Shown here in pieces: positions 28,901 to 37,183 of a stretch of DNA of 64,000 bases. Below the pieces are notes generated by a model. That model saw only the letters and a program-made list of their open reading frames with translations, did not search any database and had not been told where the DNA came from. The first letter of the stretch is position 1, and the number at the start of each line of letters is the position of its first letter. The stretch comes from Myxococcales bacterium (GTDB lineage Bacteria; Myxococcota_A; UBA9042; JABWCM01; BTVJ01). The stretch is taken from NCBI GenBank assembly GCA_045863395.1, contig BTVJ01000008.1:110274-174273 (forward strand), read 5' to 3'. A program made the translations under genes and the position numbers.

Positions 28901-29419
28901 CTCCGGGCCCTGCCGCCCCGGGACGCCATGCACCGTGTCCTGGAGGGCTTCCTGCACCGCGACCCGGCCAACGAGCGGCTCCTGCGCTTCGGCGAGGCGG
29001 ACTTTCACCACATCTTCGGTCGCATGGTGTGCACCTGCGGCTGCACGGGCGGCATGGCCCTGTCCAAGTGCCCGCTGTCCTGCGGCAACTCCAAGTCGTG
29101 GAAGACCCGGTTCAAGGTGCTGCTCGCCGAGGGCTTCGACCGTGAGCAGGCCAAGGGCGTCTACCTGGCCTCCGTCAACGCCGCGCGGCCCAAGGGGCAG
29201 GCCCCCTACACGGTGGACGACCTGGACGCGGACCCGCAGAAGGCCCTGAGCTGGGTGGTGCCCGCCGTGGTCATCGGCGGGGCGGCCGTCACCTTCGTGT
29301 CCGTCATGGCGGGCATGAAGCGGCGGCGGGCGGCGGCCGCGGCTGCGCCTCCCGCGCCGCAGCTCAGCGAGGCGGACCGGCGCCTGCTCAAGGACGAGCT
29401 CGAAGAGCGCGACGACTGA
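25913..29419 (+). CDS. ccmF: Heme lyase CcmF with periplasmic insertion, fused to a C-terminal CcmH-like region
   Basis: 'GMNPLLQNP..IHPP', WWD 'WAYEELGWGGYWMWDPVEN', 'FLHS', 'SIHAFA', 'YIIHLG'; tail 'LRCP', 'MVCTCGC...KCPLSCG', 'LSWVVP' plus TM helix. Confidence 0.93.
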   Translation: MQQTGQFILHITFLTTLATVVVAFIGARVKSLDLMRAARYGVYAVCLLNAGMAAVMIQSLLSHDFKNMYIATYTDVDMPTAYVLAAFWGGEKGALLLWVTVLGAFSAIAVTQNRHKEPVYMAWTTGILMSALLFFYILMVFEASPFEQFLTFAGPEDGQGMNPLLQNPTMTIHPPSLLTGFIAFTLPFAFGLAALITGRLDDEWTQDTRTWTIVCWVFLTTGLILGGAWAYEELGWGGYWMWDPVENAGLIPWFTATAFLHSVMIQERRRMLRRWNFFLVLLTFLLTIFGTFLTRSQLIDSIHAFADSKLSMYFLWYMVVIGTVSTVALAYRWREMAPDARIDHFLSRESFFVLNNILLLGSAFVVLWGTLFSKVSEAETFQSGYNKVVGLYNATLGGLLGPMEQLTQAVILNEPWFNRVMVPIGLLLLLLTGIGPVISWRKATRKNFRTNLQKPLLWSSVVSVLGAIAWGVLRVTELRSSMVADAFARWFDDANAFVGKLLVMKGDAGDAPAMPVVTLGDAYGRWADSLGRADVYAFLAFFFSALVVATVGTEFWRGTRLRQSKAGGAFVFNLMLLTIRTPRRYGGYIIHLGVVMCFIAFAGAVFKDELPEQPLYPGDRIAVGGYHVTFARSDDIWHADGAYVSSKATMVALEGEKTVPQAAVDALAGRLESAGLVPFHVETFRGNPAVRLRFGNEEHRRRVQEDLYVRSYLLTAFEVLDAPKDKAELQLQLRDMDAVAVVPQLMMKTARNVREFFEDQGGTVKASFVPGSPLLALRFPTVDARDAWLARAEGEPLLRDVVGGWMDPDTGAVEIVPAGVGSLLYPEVRFYKKHGTPTTEIAIQSKVLEDLYLAMRPAAGQPFINLLAVVFPLVSFLWAGTLIMIIGALICLLPRSITGLARGAGAALIAGVLLVPHPAAAQDEAFEEGHGDEIPLVALPDDGITTVEDARTRLLEALRCPDRKPGGYTIRDEPLLECATASGEELRARLDDDLARLRALPPRDAMHRVLEGFLHRDPANERLLRFGEADFHHIFGRMVCTCGCTGGMALSKCPLSCGNSKSWKTRFKVLLAEGFDREQAKGVYLASVNAARPKGQAPYTVDDLDADPQKALSWVVPAVVIGGAAVTFVSVMAGMKRRRAAAAAAPPAPQLSEADRRLLKDELEERDD

Positions 29420-29439
29420 CCCCACCGAGGCTCCTCCCG

Positions 29440-30831
29440 ATGTACCTCCTCATCCCCATCGCGCTGGCTCTCGTGCTGGTCCTGGCGGGCTACCAAGTGG
29501 CGCGGCTGGTCCTCGCTGCCTCGCGGGCTGTCCGCGGGCGCACGCACTCGGCGGAGGACGTGCGCATCGTGCACCTCCGAGACGAGCGGGAGCGCTGCCT
29601 CGCGTCCTTGAAGGAGCTCGAGAACGATCTGGAGATGGGCAAGCTGAGCGCCGAGGACTACGACGAGCTGCGGACCTGGTACGAGCAGCGGGCCGTCGAG
29701 GTGATCCGATCCCTGCGCGAGCTGGAGAAGGGCGCGAGGGCGCTCCTCGTCGCCATCGCGTTGGTGGGATGGGGGGGCAGCGTCCGGGCGCAGGAGATGC
29801 CACCCGGGCACCCACCCATCGACGGCATGACGCCGGGGGGAGCCCGCGCCGGGGATCCGTTCCCGGCCAACACGGACGCGGTGGTGCGGGTCATCCACAC
29901 GGACGCCACCGGCGCCCGGGGCCCCCGCGCGGGCGTGCGGATCATCGCGGAGGCCATCGAGGGGCAGCGGGACGAGGCCGTGGCGCTGGCCGTGTGGAGC
30001 GCGGTGACGGGCCCCGACGGCGCGGCGCGGCTCGGACGCATCCAGGTGCCATCGGGGTCCACGACGCGCGTGATGGCGGTGGTGGGGACCACGCGGTTCT
30101 CCCTCGGGAGCCGCACCGGCGGCGAGTGGGTGATCCGCACCTGGGACACCACGGAGGACATCGACGCCCTCTCCATGGACGGCCGCGTGGATCTGGCAGT
30201 CGAGGAGGGCGCGCTGACCGTCCGGTTGAGCTGGACGCTGATCAACACGTCACCGGTCGCCATCGATCTGGCGTCCCGCGAGCGGCCCGTGCACCTGCCC
30301 CTGGTTGGACCCGTGGCCATGGGGGGCGTCGTCTCCCGCGGCTTCATGCCTCCGCAGGCCACCAAGCACACCCGCGTGGGCGTGTCGCCTGACATGGGCC
30401 GCGTGTCCACGGAGGGGGGCGGCTTCGCCTACCGGGGCCTCATCCCCCCCGGCGAGAGCGTGAACGTGCGCATCGGCTACCCCCTGGACTACCCGGCAGA
30501 CGACATGACGGTCGGGGTTCGGGCAGAGGAGGTCCCCATCCGCTCACTCCTCTTCACTCTGGCGCGCTCGCCGCGCCTGTTCCCGGAGCTGCGGCTGTCC
30601 GTGCCCGCCGTGGGGGCCGACGCGGACCAGGGCCGGGACCGGGTCCTGATGCTCAAGGCCATCGACCCGCTTGAGACGGGGGCGGAGGTGACCCTGACCC
30701 TGCGGCACCTGCCCGTCCACGGGCGCATCGGGCGGTGGGCCGCGACGGGCTTCATGGTCGCGGGCGCCGTCGTGCTCGCCATCGCGTTCCTGCGGGCCCG
30801 GGTCACGAGGCGCGGGGAGCCCTCCGCATGA
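29440..30831 (+). CDS. CcmI-like N-terminus fused to an extracytoplasmic domain with PPGHPP motif
   Basis: 'LASLKELENDLEMGKLSAEDYDELR' CcmI N-terminal signature; 'MPPGHPPI'; C-terminal TM helix. Confidence 0.7.
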   Translation: MYLLIPIALALVLVLAGYQVARLVLAASRAVRGRTHSAEDVRIVHLRDERERCLASLKELENDLEMGKLSAEDYDELRTWYEQRAVEVIRSLRELEKGARALLVAIALVGWGGSVRAQEMPPGHPPIDGMTPGGARAGDPFPANTDAVVRVIHTDATGARGPRAGVRIIAEAIEGQRDEAVALAVWSAVTGPDGAARLGRIQVPSGSTTRVMAVVGTTRFSLGSRTGGEWVIRTWDTTEDIDALSMDGRVDLAVEEGALTVRLSWTLINTSPVAIDLASRERPVHLPLVGPVAMGGVVSRGFMPPQATKHTRVGVSPDMGRVSTEGGGFAYRGLIPPGESVNVRIGYPLDYPADDMTVGVRAEEVPIRSLLFTLARSPRLFPELRLSVPAVGADADQGRDRVLMLKAIDPLETGAEVTLTLRHLPVHGRIGRWAATGFMVAGAVVLAIAFLRARVTRRGEPSA

Positions 30832-31490
30832 CCGGGGCGCTCCGGTCCGTCGAGGCCCGCGGCGTCAGCAAGATCTACGAGCGCCGCTTCGCCGTGCACG
30901 ACGTGTCTCTGCGCCTCGAGGCCGGGACGGTGACCGGTATCGCGGGGCACAACGGCGCGGGCAAGACGACGCTGTTCTCGCTTCTCTCTACGCTCGTGGC
31001 CCCGTCCCGCGGGCAGCTCCTGTTCGACGACGTCCCCGCCGGCGACTGGGACCGCACGGCGCTGCGGAGCCGTATCGGGCTCCTGGGGCACAAGTCCTTC
31101 CTCTACCCGGACATGGACGGCCTCGAGAACCTCACCTTCTTCGGGCGCCTCTACGGGCTGCGGGCAGCTCTGGACGACCGCGTCCGCGAGGCCCTGGAGG
31201 CGGTGGACATGTGGGGCGCCCGCCGCCGCCGTGTGAAGCACTGCTCCCGCGGCATGGTGCAGCGGCTGGCCTTTGCGCGCGTCCTGGTGCAGGACCCTGC
31301 GCTGTGGCTCCTCGACGAGCCGACCACGGGGCTCGACACGGACACCAAGGCGCGGCTGCTTCATCTGGTGGCCGGGCAGCGGACGCGCGGGCGCATCGTC
31401 GCCGTGATCAGCCATGAGGCGGACACGCTCGCCCAGCTCTCGGACCGCATGCTGCGCCTGCACGGCGGGCGCATCGAGGAGCACCCGTGA
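30828..31490 (+). CDS. ccmA: Heme exporter ATP-binding subunit CcmA
   Basis: GHNGAGKTT, 'GLLGH', 'SRGMVQR', 'LWLLDEP'; operon context. Confidence 0.9.
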   Translation: MTGALRSVEARGVSKIYERRFAVHDVSLRLEAGTVTGIAGHNGAGKTTLFSLLSTLVAPSRGQLLFDDVPAGDWDRTALRSRIGLLGHKSFLYPDMDGLENLTFFGRLYGLRAALDDRVREALEAVDMWGARRRRVKHCSRGMVQRLAFARVLVQDPALWLLDEPTTGLDTDTKARLLHLVAGQRTRGRIVAVISHEADTLAQLSDRMLRLHGGRIEEHP

Positions 31491-32182
31491 GCGCGCTGGG
31501 GCGGGCCGTCGATGGGGCCCGGCACGTGGGGACCATCCTCCGCAAGGACCTGCTCGTGGAGCTGCGGACCAAGGAGGTCCTGCTCACCATGGGCCTGTTC
31601 GCCGTGCTCACGGTGGTGATCTTCTCCTTCGCCTTCTACGTGGACGACGACCGGGCCCGGGCCTACGCCCCCGGCATCCTCTGGGTGACCGTGATCTTCA
31701 GCGGCACCCTGGGGCTCAACCGCCTGTTCGACCGGGAGCAGGAGAACGACTGCATGAGCGCGCTCATGCTCTCGTCGGCGGGGCCCAAGGCCATCTTCCT
31801 CGCCAAGTCCCTCGGCAACCTCCTGTTCACGCTGGTGATGGAGCTGCTGACCGTCCCCCTGATCCTGCTGTTCTTCGATCTCTCCGTGGACCGCCCGGCG
31901 CTGCTCCTGCTGGTCCTCCTGGCGGGCACCGTGGGTTTCTGCTTCGTGGGCACCCTGTTTGCGGCCATGCTGGTGCGGGCGCGCATGAAGGAGGTCCTCC
32001 TGCCGCTGGTGGTCTACCCGGTGGTCGTGCCGGTGATCATCGGGGGCGTCAAGGCAACCAGCGGGATCCTCAACGGTTATCCCACCGACGAGGTCGTGGA
32101 GTGGGCGCGCCTGCTGTTGGCGTTCGATCTCGTCTTCGTGGTACTGTCGGTCTGGCTCTTCGAGCGGATGTGGGTGGAGTAG
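31487..32182 (+). CDS. ccmB: Heme exporter protein CcmB
   Basis: 'KDLLVELR', 'PGILW', 'FDREQEND', 'LLPLVVYPVVVPVII'. Confidence 0.92.
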   Translation: MSALGRAVDGARHVGTILRKDLLVELRTKEVLLTMGLFAVLTVVIFSFAFYVDDDRARAYAPGILWVTVIFSGTLGLNRLFDREQENDCMSALMLSSAGPKAIFLAKSLGNLLFTLVMELLTVPLILLFFDLSVDRPALLLLVLLAGTVGFCFVGTLFAAMLVRARMKEVLLPLVVYPVVVPVIIGGVKATSGILNGYPTDEVVEWARLLLAFDLVFVVLSVWLFERMWVE

Positions 32183-32932
32183 ATGGCCCAAGTACACAAG
32201 GGTGGCCCGCCGTTGGTGGAGGCGGGCAGGGCGCTGCTGAGCCCCTTCGGCGCCGCGTGGACGCTGGCGCTCGCCGCCACGCTCACCGCCATGACCTGGG
32301 TGTTCTTCGTCGCTCCCACCGAGCGCACCATGGGCATCGTCCAGAAGATCTTCTACTTCCATGTGCCCTTTGCCATCGCCATGGGCGTGCTGTTCGTGCT
32401 CACGTCCGTCCTGTCGCTGGCCTACCTGCTCAAGTCCGACGACCGGGTCGACGCGGCGGCTGCGGCGTGCGCGGAGGTGGCGGTCCTGTTCGGGGTCATC
32501 GTGCTCGTCTCGGGGCCGCTCTGGGCGCGGAAGGCCTGGGGCGCCTACTGGAGCTGGGAGCCGCGGCTCACGCTGACCCTGCTCACGGTGTTCATCTATA
32601 TCGGCTACCTGACGGTCCGCGGCTTCGCGGGCGAGCGCGGCTTCGCGCGGCGGGTGGCGGCCGGCCTCGGGCTCATCGGGGCCCCGGCCTGGTATCTCAT
32701 CCACATCGCCGTGGAGCGCTGGGGCGGCACCCACCCCAAAGACGTGGTGTACGGCGAGAGCGGCGGCCTCCAGCACCCGGACATGCGGACCACCTTCTTC
32801 CTGGGGCTGGTCGCGGTGCTCCTGCTCGCCGTGGTCACCATCTGGACGCGGATCAAGGTGCGGAGGCTCGAAGATCGCATCGAGGCGCTGGCGCTCGACA
32901 TGGAGGCCAACGCCATTCAAGGGGAGCACTGA
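32183..32932 (+). CDS. ccmC: Heme exporter protein CcmC
   Basis: 'QKIFYFHVP', WWD-type 'GPLWARKAWGAYWSWEPRLT', 'HIAVERWGGTHP'. Confidence 0.93.
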   Translation: MAQVHKGGPPLVEAGRALLSPFGAAWTLALAATLTAMTWVFFVAPTERTMGIVQKIFYFHVPFAIAMGVLFVLTSVLSLAYLLKSDDRVDAAAAACAEVAVLFGVIVLVSGPLWARKAWGAYWSWEPRLTLTLLTVFIYIGYLTVRGFAGERGFARRVAAGLGLIGAPAWYLIHIAVERWGGTHPKDVVYGESGGLQHPDMRTTFFLGLVAVLLLAVVTIWTRIKVRRLEDRIEALALDMEANAIQGEH

Positions 32933-32949
32933 GGAACCGAGGAGCAGAC

Positions 32950-33240
32950 GTGCCAGAGAACGAGAGCCAGGGGGCCGAGGGCGCTCCCGCAGAGTCGGAG
33001 GTCGCAGCCCCGGCGGGGCAGGGCGCACAGGGGGCGACCTCGGTGGTCGTCCAGCCGTCCAAGGGGAGCGCCGAGAAGGAGTCCGTCCCCGGCGGCCCCC
33101 TGCTCATCGGCGCCTATCTGTTCATCTGGGTGGCGCTGTTCGCGTGGCTGCTCTTCGTGCGCCGCTCGCAGGTCCGCCTGGAGCGTGAGGTCGAGCAGCT
33201 CGAGGAGCGCCTGGACCGCCACATCGGACAGACCCGATGA
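32950..33240 (+). CDS. ccmD: CcmD family protein
   Basis: GTG start after GGAG; 'LLIGAYLFIWVALFAWLLFVRRSQVRLEREVEQLE'. Confidence 0.75.
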   Translation: MPENESQGAEGAPAESEVAAPAGQGAQGATSVVVQPSKGSAEKESVPGGPLLIGAYLFIWVALFAWLLFVRRSQVRLEREVEQLEERLDRHIGQTR

Positions 33241-33392
33241 CCAGCTCCCACATCTTCTACATCCCCCTGATGGTTCTGGTCGGCCTGGTGCTCGGCTTCG
33301 TCCTCGGGCGCAAGACGGCGGCGGCGGAGCTGGAGCAGCAGCGCCGCCGTGAGGAGCGGCGGGCCGGCAGGCGCGCCGAGCGCAGCGAGTAG
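33237..33392 (+). CDS. 51-aa single-TM small protein
   Basis: Own translation MTSSHIFYIPLMVLVGLVLGFVLGRKTAAAELEQQRRREERRAGRRAERSE; ATGA overlap with ccmD; fills the gap exactly; below the ORF-track cutoff. Confidence 0.75.
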   Translation: MTSSHIFYIPLMVLVGLVLGFVLGRKTAAAELEQQRRREERRAGRRAERSE

Positions 33393-33395
33393 CGC

Positions 33396-34775
33396 ATGGT
33401 GCGGCGCGTCCTGGCGCTTGTCGCTCTGCTCGCGGTCGCCCTCGGGCCTGGCAGCACGGCCCGGGGCGCCCCCCCAGCCAGCGCCGCCCTGGGTGTCCCC
33501 ACCCTGGATGCCACCGAGTACGGCATGAACGACGGCGCCTCCTTCGTCATGCCACCCGCGGACGTGGTGGCGCTGGCCAAGGAGCCCGGCGTCGTCCTGT
33601 GGCGCTTCCATGGCACAAACTGGATGAAGACCGGGCGCACCGGCGTGCCGACCACCCTCGACGAGCTGAGCCACGATCACGGGCGCCGCCCCATCTCGGA
33701 GCTGGTGGCCGGCTGGCGCGCCGACCTGGACGGGGACGGGACGCCGGAGGTGCTCCTCGCCGCGGTCGGCGAGGCGGCACGGGGCCGGACACAGTACGGT
33801 GCCACGCTGCTGGCCCGCCGCGGCCCGCGCTGGGAGCTGCTGTTCCACTCCCAGGAGCTGCCGGGCGAGACGTATCAGGTCGAGGACCTGCGGGACCTGG
33901 ATGGCGACGGGCGCGTGGACGCGATCCTGAGCGCCAGGGCGGGCACCGCGGACTTCTACACCTCCTGGGCCGTGCTGGCCTTCGATGCCCGGCGGGAGCT
34001 GCAGCGCTTCGTGACGCGGCCGCCCGACTCCTTGCACCTGATGGACCTGGACAAGGACGGCCGCTTCGAGCTGGTCGTGCGGCACCTGGTGAGCCGCCGG
34101 GGCCTCTCGCACTTGTGGACCTTCGTCGACAAGGTCCTGTCGTGGGATGGGCAGCGCTTCGTCGAGGAGCCGCCCCGCTTCGTGAAGTACCAGGACGAGG
34201 TGGTCAAGCGGCGGCTCATCGACGAGCTCATCGACCACTACGACGGCGACCCGGTGGTGCTGGCCATCAAGTCTGACGTGCTGCGGGACGTGCACGCCAA
34301 GGTGCTCGCCGCGTCTGGCAAGCAGCCCAGCGTGGACCGGCCGGTGGAGCGGTCCCGGGAGCTGGCCAAGGCAGGCCAGCGGGAGCAGGCGGCCAATGTC
34401 GTTGCGCGGGCCATCCTCCAGGCCCCCTATGACGTCGGGGCGCTCCGGCAGGGGGTCAGCGTCGCGCTCCAGCGGGGGCGCTTCGTGGAGGCGCTCCACA
34501 TGCTCTATGCGCTGCTGGGCATCGTCCCCGACGACATGCTGGGGTGGCGCCAGATGGGCTTGTGCTTCGCGCAGCTCCACGAGCGCTCGGCGGCCATCGC
34601 CTCGTTTCACAACTCGGTGCGCCTGGGTCAGGACTTCGACGCGCGCCTCGGGGAGCTGCGCCGGGCGACGGTGCGGGAGAGGAGCGCCCCAGTGAAGGCC
34701 GCAAAGGTGGCGGCCATCGCCGTGCTGGAGGGCAAGCCCCTGCCCGACCCGGTGACGGAGCCCTTCGGCGACTGA
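33396..34775 (+). CDS. Secreted FG-GAP/VCBS-repeat + TPR protein
   Basis: Signal peptide; three 'DLDGDG/DLDKDG' repeats; C-terminal TPR-like helices. Confidence 0.78.
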   Translation: MVRRVLALVALLAVALGPGSTARGAPPASAALGVPTLDATEYGMNDGASFVMPPADVVALAKEPGVVLWRFHGTNWMKTGRTGVPTTLDELSHDHGRRPISELVAGWRADLDGDGTPEVLLAAVGEAARGRTQYGATLLARRGPRWELLFHSQELPGETYQVEDLRDLDGDGRVDAILSARAGTADFYTSWAVLAFDARRELQRFVTRPPDSLHLMDLDKDGRFELVVRHLVSRRGLSHLWTFVDKVLSWDGQRFVEEPPRFVKYQDEVVKRRLIDELIDHYDGDPVVLAIKSDVLRDVHAKVLAASGKQPSVDRPVERSRELAKAGQREQAANVVARAILQAPYDVGALRQGVSVALQRGRFVEALHMLYALLGIVPDDMLGWRQMGLCFAQLHERSAAIASFHNSVRLGQDFDARLGELRRATVRERSAPVKAAKVAAIAVLEGKPLPDPVTEPFGD

Positions 34776-34896
34776 CGCGGGATGCCCGTCGCGGCGGCGC
34801 TTGTTGAACACGGTGCGACGAAGTCCGAGTTGACTGGACGATTGCGGCGCGTAAAGTCTCGTGCTTCGAGAGACGGATTGCACCAAGGAGCGAGGA

Positions 34897-35220
34897 ATGA
34901 TCGAGTTCACGACGGCGGCGGTAGAGAAGGTCAAGGAGATGGCGCGCAAGGAGAGCCTGGACACCTGCGGCATCCGGGTCATGGTCGTCGGCGGCGGCTG
35001 CTCGGGCTTCAGCTACGACATGGACTTCGAGGAGGCCGAGAAGCCGGGCGACCTCGTCACCGAGCTGGACGGCCTCAAGGTGTACGTGGACTCCATGAGC
35101 TACCAGTACCTGGAGGGCACCACGGTGGACTACGTGGAGACCTTCAGCTTCTCGGGCTTCCACTTCAACAACCCCAAGGCCACGAAGACCTGCGGGTGCG
35201 GCTCCTCGTTCAGCGCCTGA
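34897..35220 (+). CDS. Iron-sulfur cluster assembly accessory protein (HesB/IscA/ErpA family)
   Basis: 'GGGCSGFSY', 'VDSMSYQYLEGTTVDY', 'CGCGSSF'. Confidence 0.95.
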   Translation: MIEFTTAAVEKVKEMARKESLDTCGIRVMVVGGGCSGFSYDMDFEEAEKPGDLVTELDGLKVYVDSMSYQYLEGTTVDYVETFSFSGFHFNNPKATKTCGCGSSFSA

Positions 35221-35312
35221 GCGTTGGGGGAGCTTCGTTGCGTCCTGGGGCAACCGGTGTAGAATCCGGGGCTCTGACTGCCCCGCACCGAGGGCCCTCA
35301 CAGGAGCCGCAC

Positions 35313-36095
35313 ATGAAGCCTGTCCGCCTCTTCGCTCTCTCCGTCTTCTTGCTGGCCGCCTGCCCCGACTCGGGGGCCGTGGTGTCCGGGGGCGGGGTCG
35401 ACGTCAGCGACGACCAGGTGAACGGCCCGGCGGTGTCGGACGCGCTCATCTTGAAGAAGCTCGGCGGGGACCCCGATGGGGAGTTGGGCGCCCTGGACGG
35501 CGGCTGGGACGGCACCTCCGACGACATCACCGTGCAGGACGCGGCCTCGCCGGACGCGGGCGCCCTCATCGATGCGGCCGAGGACGCTGGGGGGACGCCC
35601 GACGCCGGACCCGCCCAGGACGGCGGCCCCAGCGACGGTGGCCCCGTGGACGCGGGCTCCCCGCTGGACGTGGCGCTCCCGCCGGACGTCGCCGACGTCG
35701 GCGCGCCGGACGTCGCGGCCCCCGACACGGGCCCCGCCCCCGGAGGCACCGCCGCGTGCTTCGCGCTCCTCGGCGCCACCTGCGACAAGCTCGACCAGTG
35801 CGCCGGCGAGGTCCCCTTCGGCGGGTCCCAGTTCGCCCAGTACGCGGCCCAGTGCGAGTCCATCGTCGCCGACCCGGACGGCCAGGTGGAGGATGGCTGC
35901 GCGGCGGCCAAGGGCCTCGACGACGTGACGCCGGCGGAGGCGGCCGCCTGCGTCGCCTCCTTCGATTGCGGCCTCTCGGGCCTCGGTGCCCTCGCGCAGG
36001 CGCTCTATCCTGTCTTTGATGCATGGCAGAAGAAGGAGGACTTCGGAGGGAAGATCCCCGGGGCGGTGGAGGCGCTGCTCGCCGCCTGCAAGTAG
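35313..36095 (+). CDS. Putative lipoprotein, acidic linker plus Cys-rich helical C-terminal domain
   Basis: MKPVRLFALSVFLLAAC lipobox; DAG-rich linker; 8 Cys in the C-terminal domain. Confidence 0.72.
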   Translation: MKPVRLFALSVFLLAACPDSGAVVSGGGVDVSDDQVNGPAVSDALILKKLGGDPDGELGALDGGWDGTSDDITVQDAASPDAGALIDAAEDAGGTPDAGPAQDGGPSDGGPVDAGSPLDVALPPDVADVGAPDVAAPDTGPAPGGTAACFALLGATCDKLDQCAGEVPFGGSQFAQYAAQCESIVADPDGQVEDGCAAAKGLDDVTPAEAAACVASFDCGLSGLGALAQALYPVFDAWQKKEDFGGKIPGAVEALLAACK

Positions 36096-36103
36096 GAGGC
36101 GCC

Positions 36104-37183
36104 ATGGGCGAGATCCAGGCGGAGGGGCGAGAGGGGCGCTTCTGGCACCTGCTGGATGACGGCCGCATGCAGTGCGACCTCTGCCCCCGCCACTGCCGCC
36201 TCCATGACGGGCAGCGGGCCTTCTGCTTCGTGAGGCAGCGCCAGGGCGACCGCATGGTGCTGACCACCTGGGGGCGCAGCACGGGCTTCTGCATCGACCC
36301 CATCGAGAAGAAGCCGCTCAACCACTTCCTGCCCGGCACGCCCGTCCTGAGCTTCGGCACCGCGGGCTGCAACCTGGGGTGCCGCTTCTGCCAGAACTGG
36401 AACATCTCCAAGTCGCGCGAGGTGGCGCGCCTGTCGGATCTCGCGCTGCCGGAGCAGATCGCGGACGCCGCCGCGCGCACCGGCTGCCGGAGCGTGGCCT
36501 TCACCTACAACGACCCCGTGATCTGGGCGGAGTACGCAATCGACACGGCGATAGCCGCCCACGAGCGGGGGGTGCGGACGGTCGCGGTCACCGCCGGCTA
36601 CATCGGGGAGCAGGCCCGAGACGAGTTCTATTCCCACATGGACGCGGCCAACGTGGACCTCAAGGCGTTCACGGAGACCTTCTACGAGAAGCTGTGCTTT
36701 GCGCACCTGGCGCCAGTCCTGGAGACCCTGGAGTGGATTCACCGGAGCACCGACGTCTGGCTGGAGGTGACCACCTTGCTGATCCCCGGCCACAACGACA
36801 CCGACGAGGAGCTCCACCGCCTCTCCGCCTGGTTCGCCGAGCACCTCGGCCCCGACGTCCCCTTGCACTTCACGGGCTTCCACCCGGACTTCAAGATGCA
36901 GGACGTGCGGGCGACACAGCCCGCCACGCTACGACGCGCCAGGGACATCGCCCGCGGCTACGGCCTCCGTTACGTGTATACGGGGAACGTCCGCGATCCC
37001 GAGGGCGACGCCACGCTCTGCCCCGGCTGCGGCGCCGTCGTCATCCAGCGCGACTGGTACCGGATGGTGCGGTGGGAGCTCCGGGGGAGCGCCTGCGCCG
37101 CGTGCGGTACCGAAGTGGCCGGCGTCTTCGAGGATGCCCCGGGGGGCTGGGGCGCCCGCCGGGAGGCCGTGTTCATTCGTTGA
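36104..37183 (+). CDS. amrS: AmmeMemoRadiSam system radical SAM enzyme
   Basis: 'CDLCPRHC', 'DPIEKKPLNHFLPG', 'GCNLGCRFCQNW', 'FTYNDP', C-terminal CPGC/CAAC. Confidence 0.93.
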   Translation: MGEIQAEGREGRFWHLLDDGRMQCDLCPRHCRLHDGQRAFCFVRQRQGDRMVLTTWGRSTGFCIDPIEKKPLNHFLPGTPVLSFGTAGCNLGCRFCQNWNISKSREVARLSDLALPEQIADAAARTGCRSVAFTYNDPVIWAEYAIDTAIAAHERGVRTVAVTAGYIGEQARDEFYSHMDAANVDLKAFTETFYEKLCFAHLAPVLETLEWIHRSTDVWLEVTTLLIPGHNDTDEELHRLSAWFAEHLGPDVPLHFTGFHPDFKMQDVRATQPATLRRARDIARGYGLRYVYTGNVRDPEGDATLCPGCGAVVIQRDWYRMVRWELRGSACAACGTEVAGVFEDAPGGWGARREAVFIR

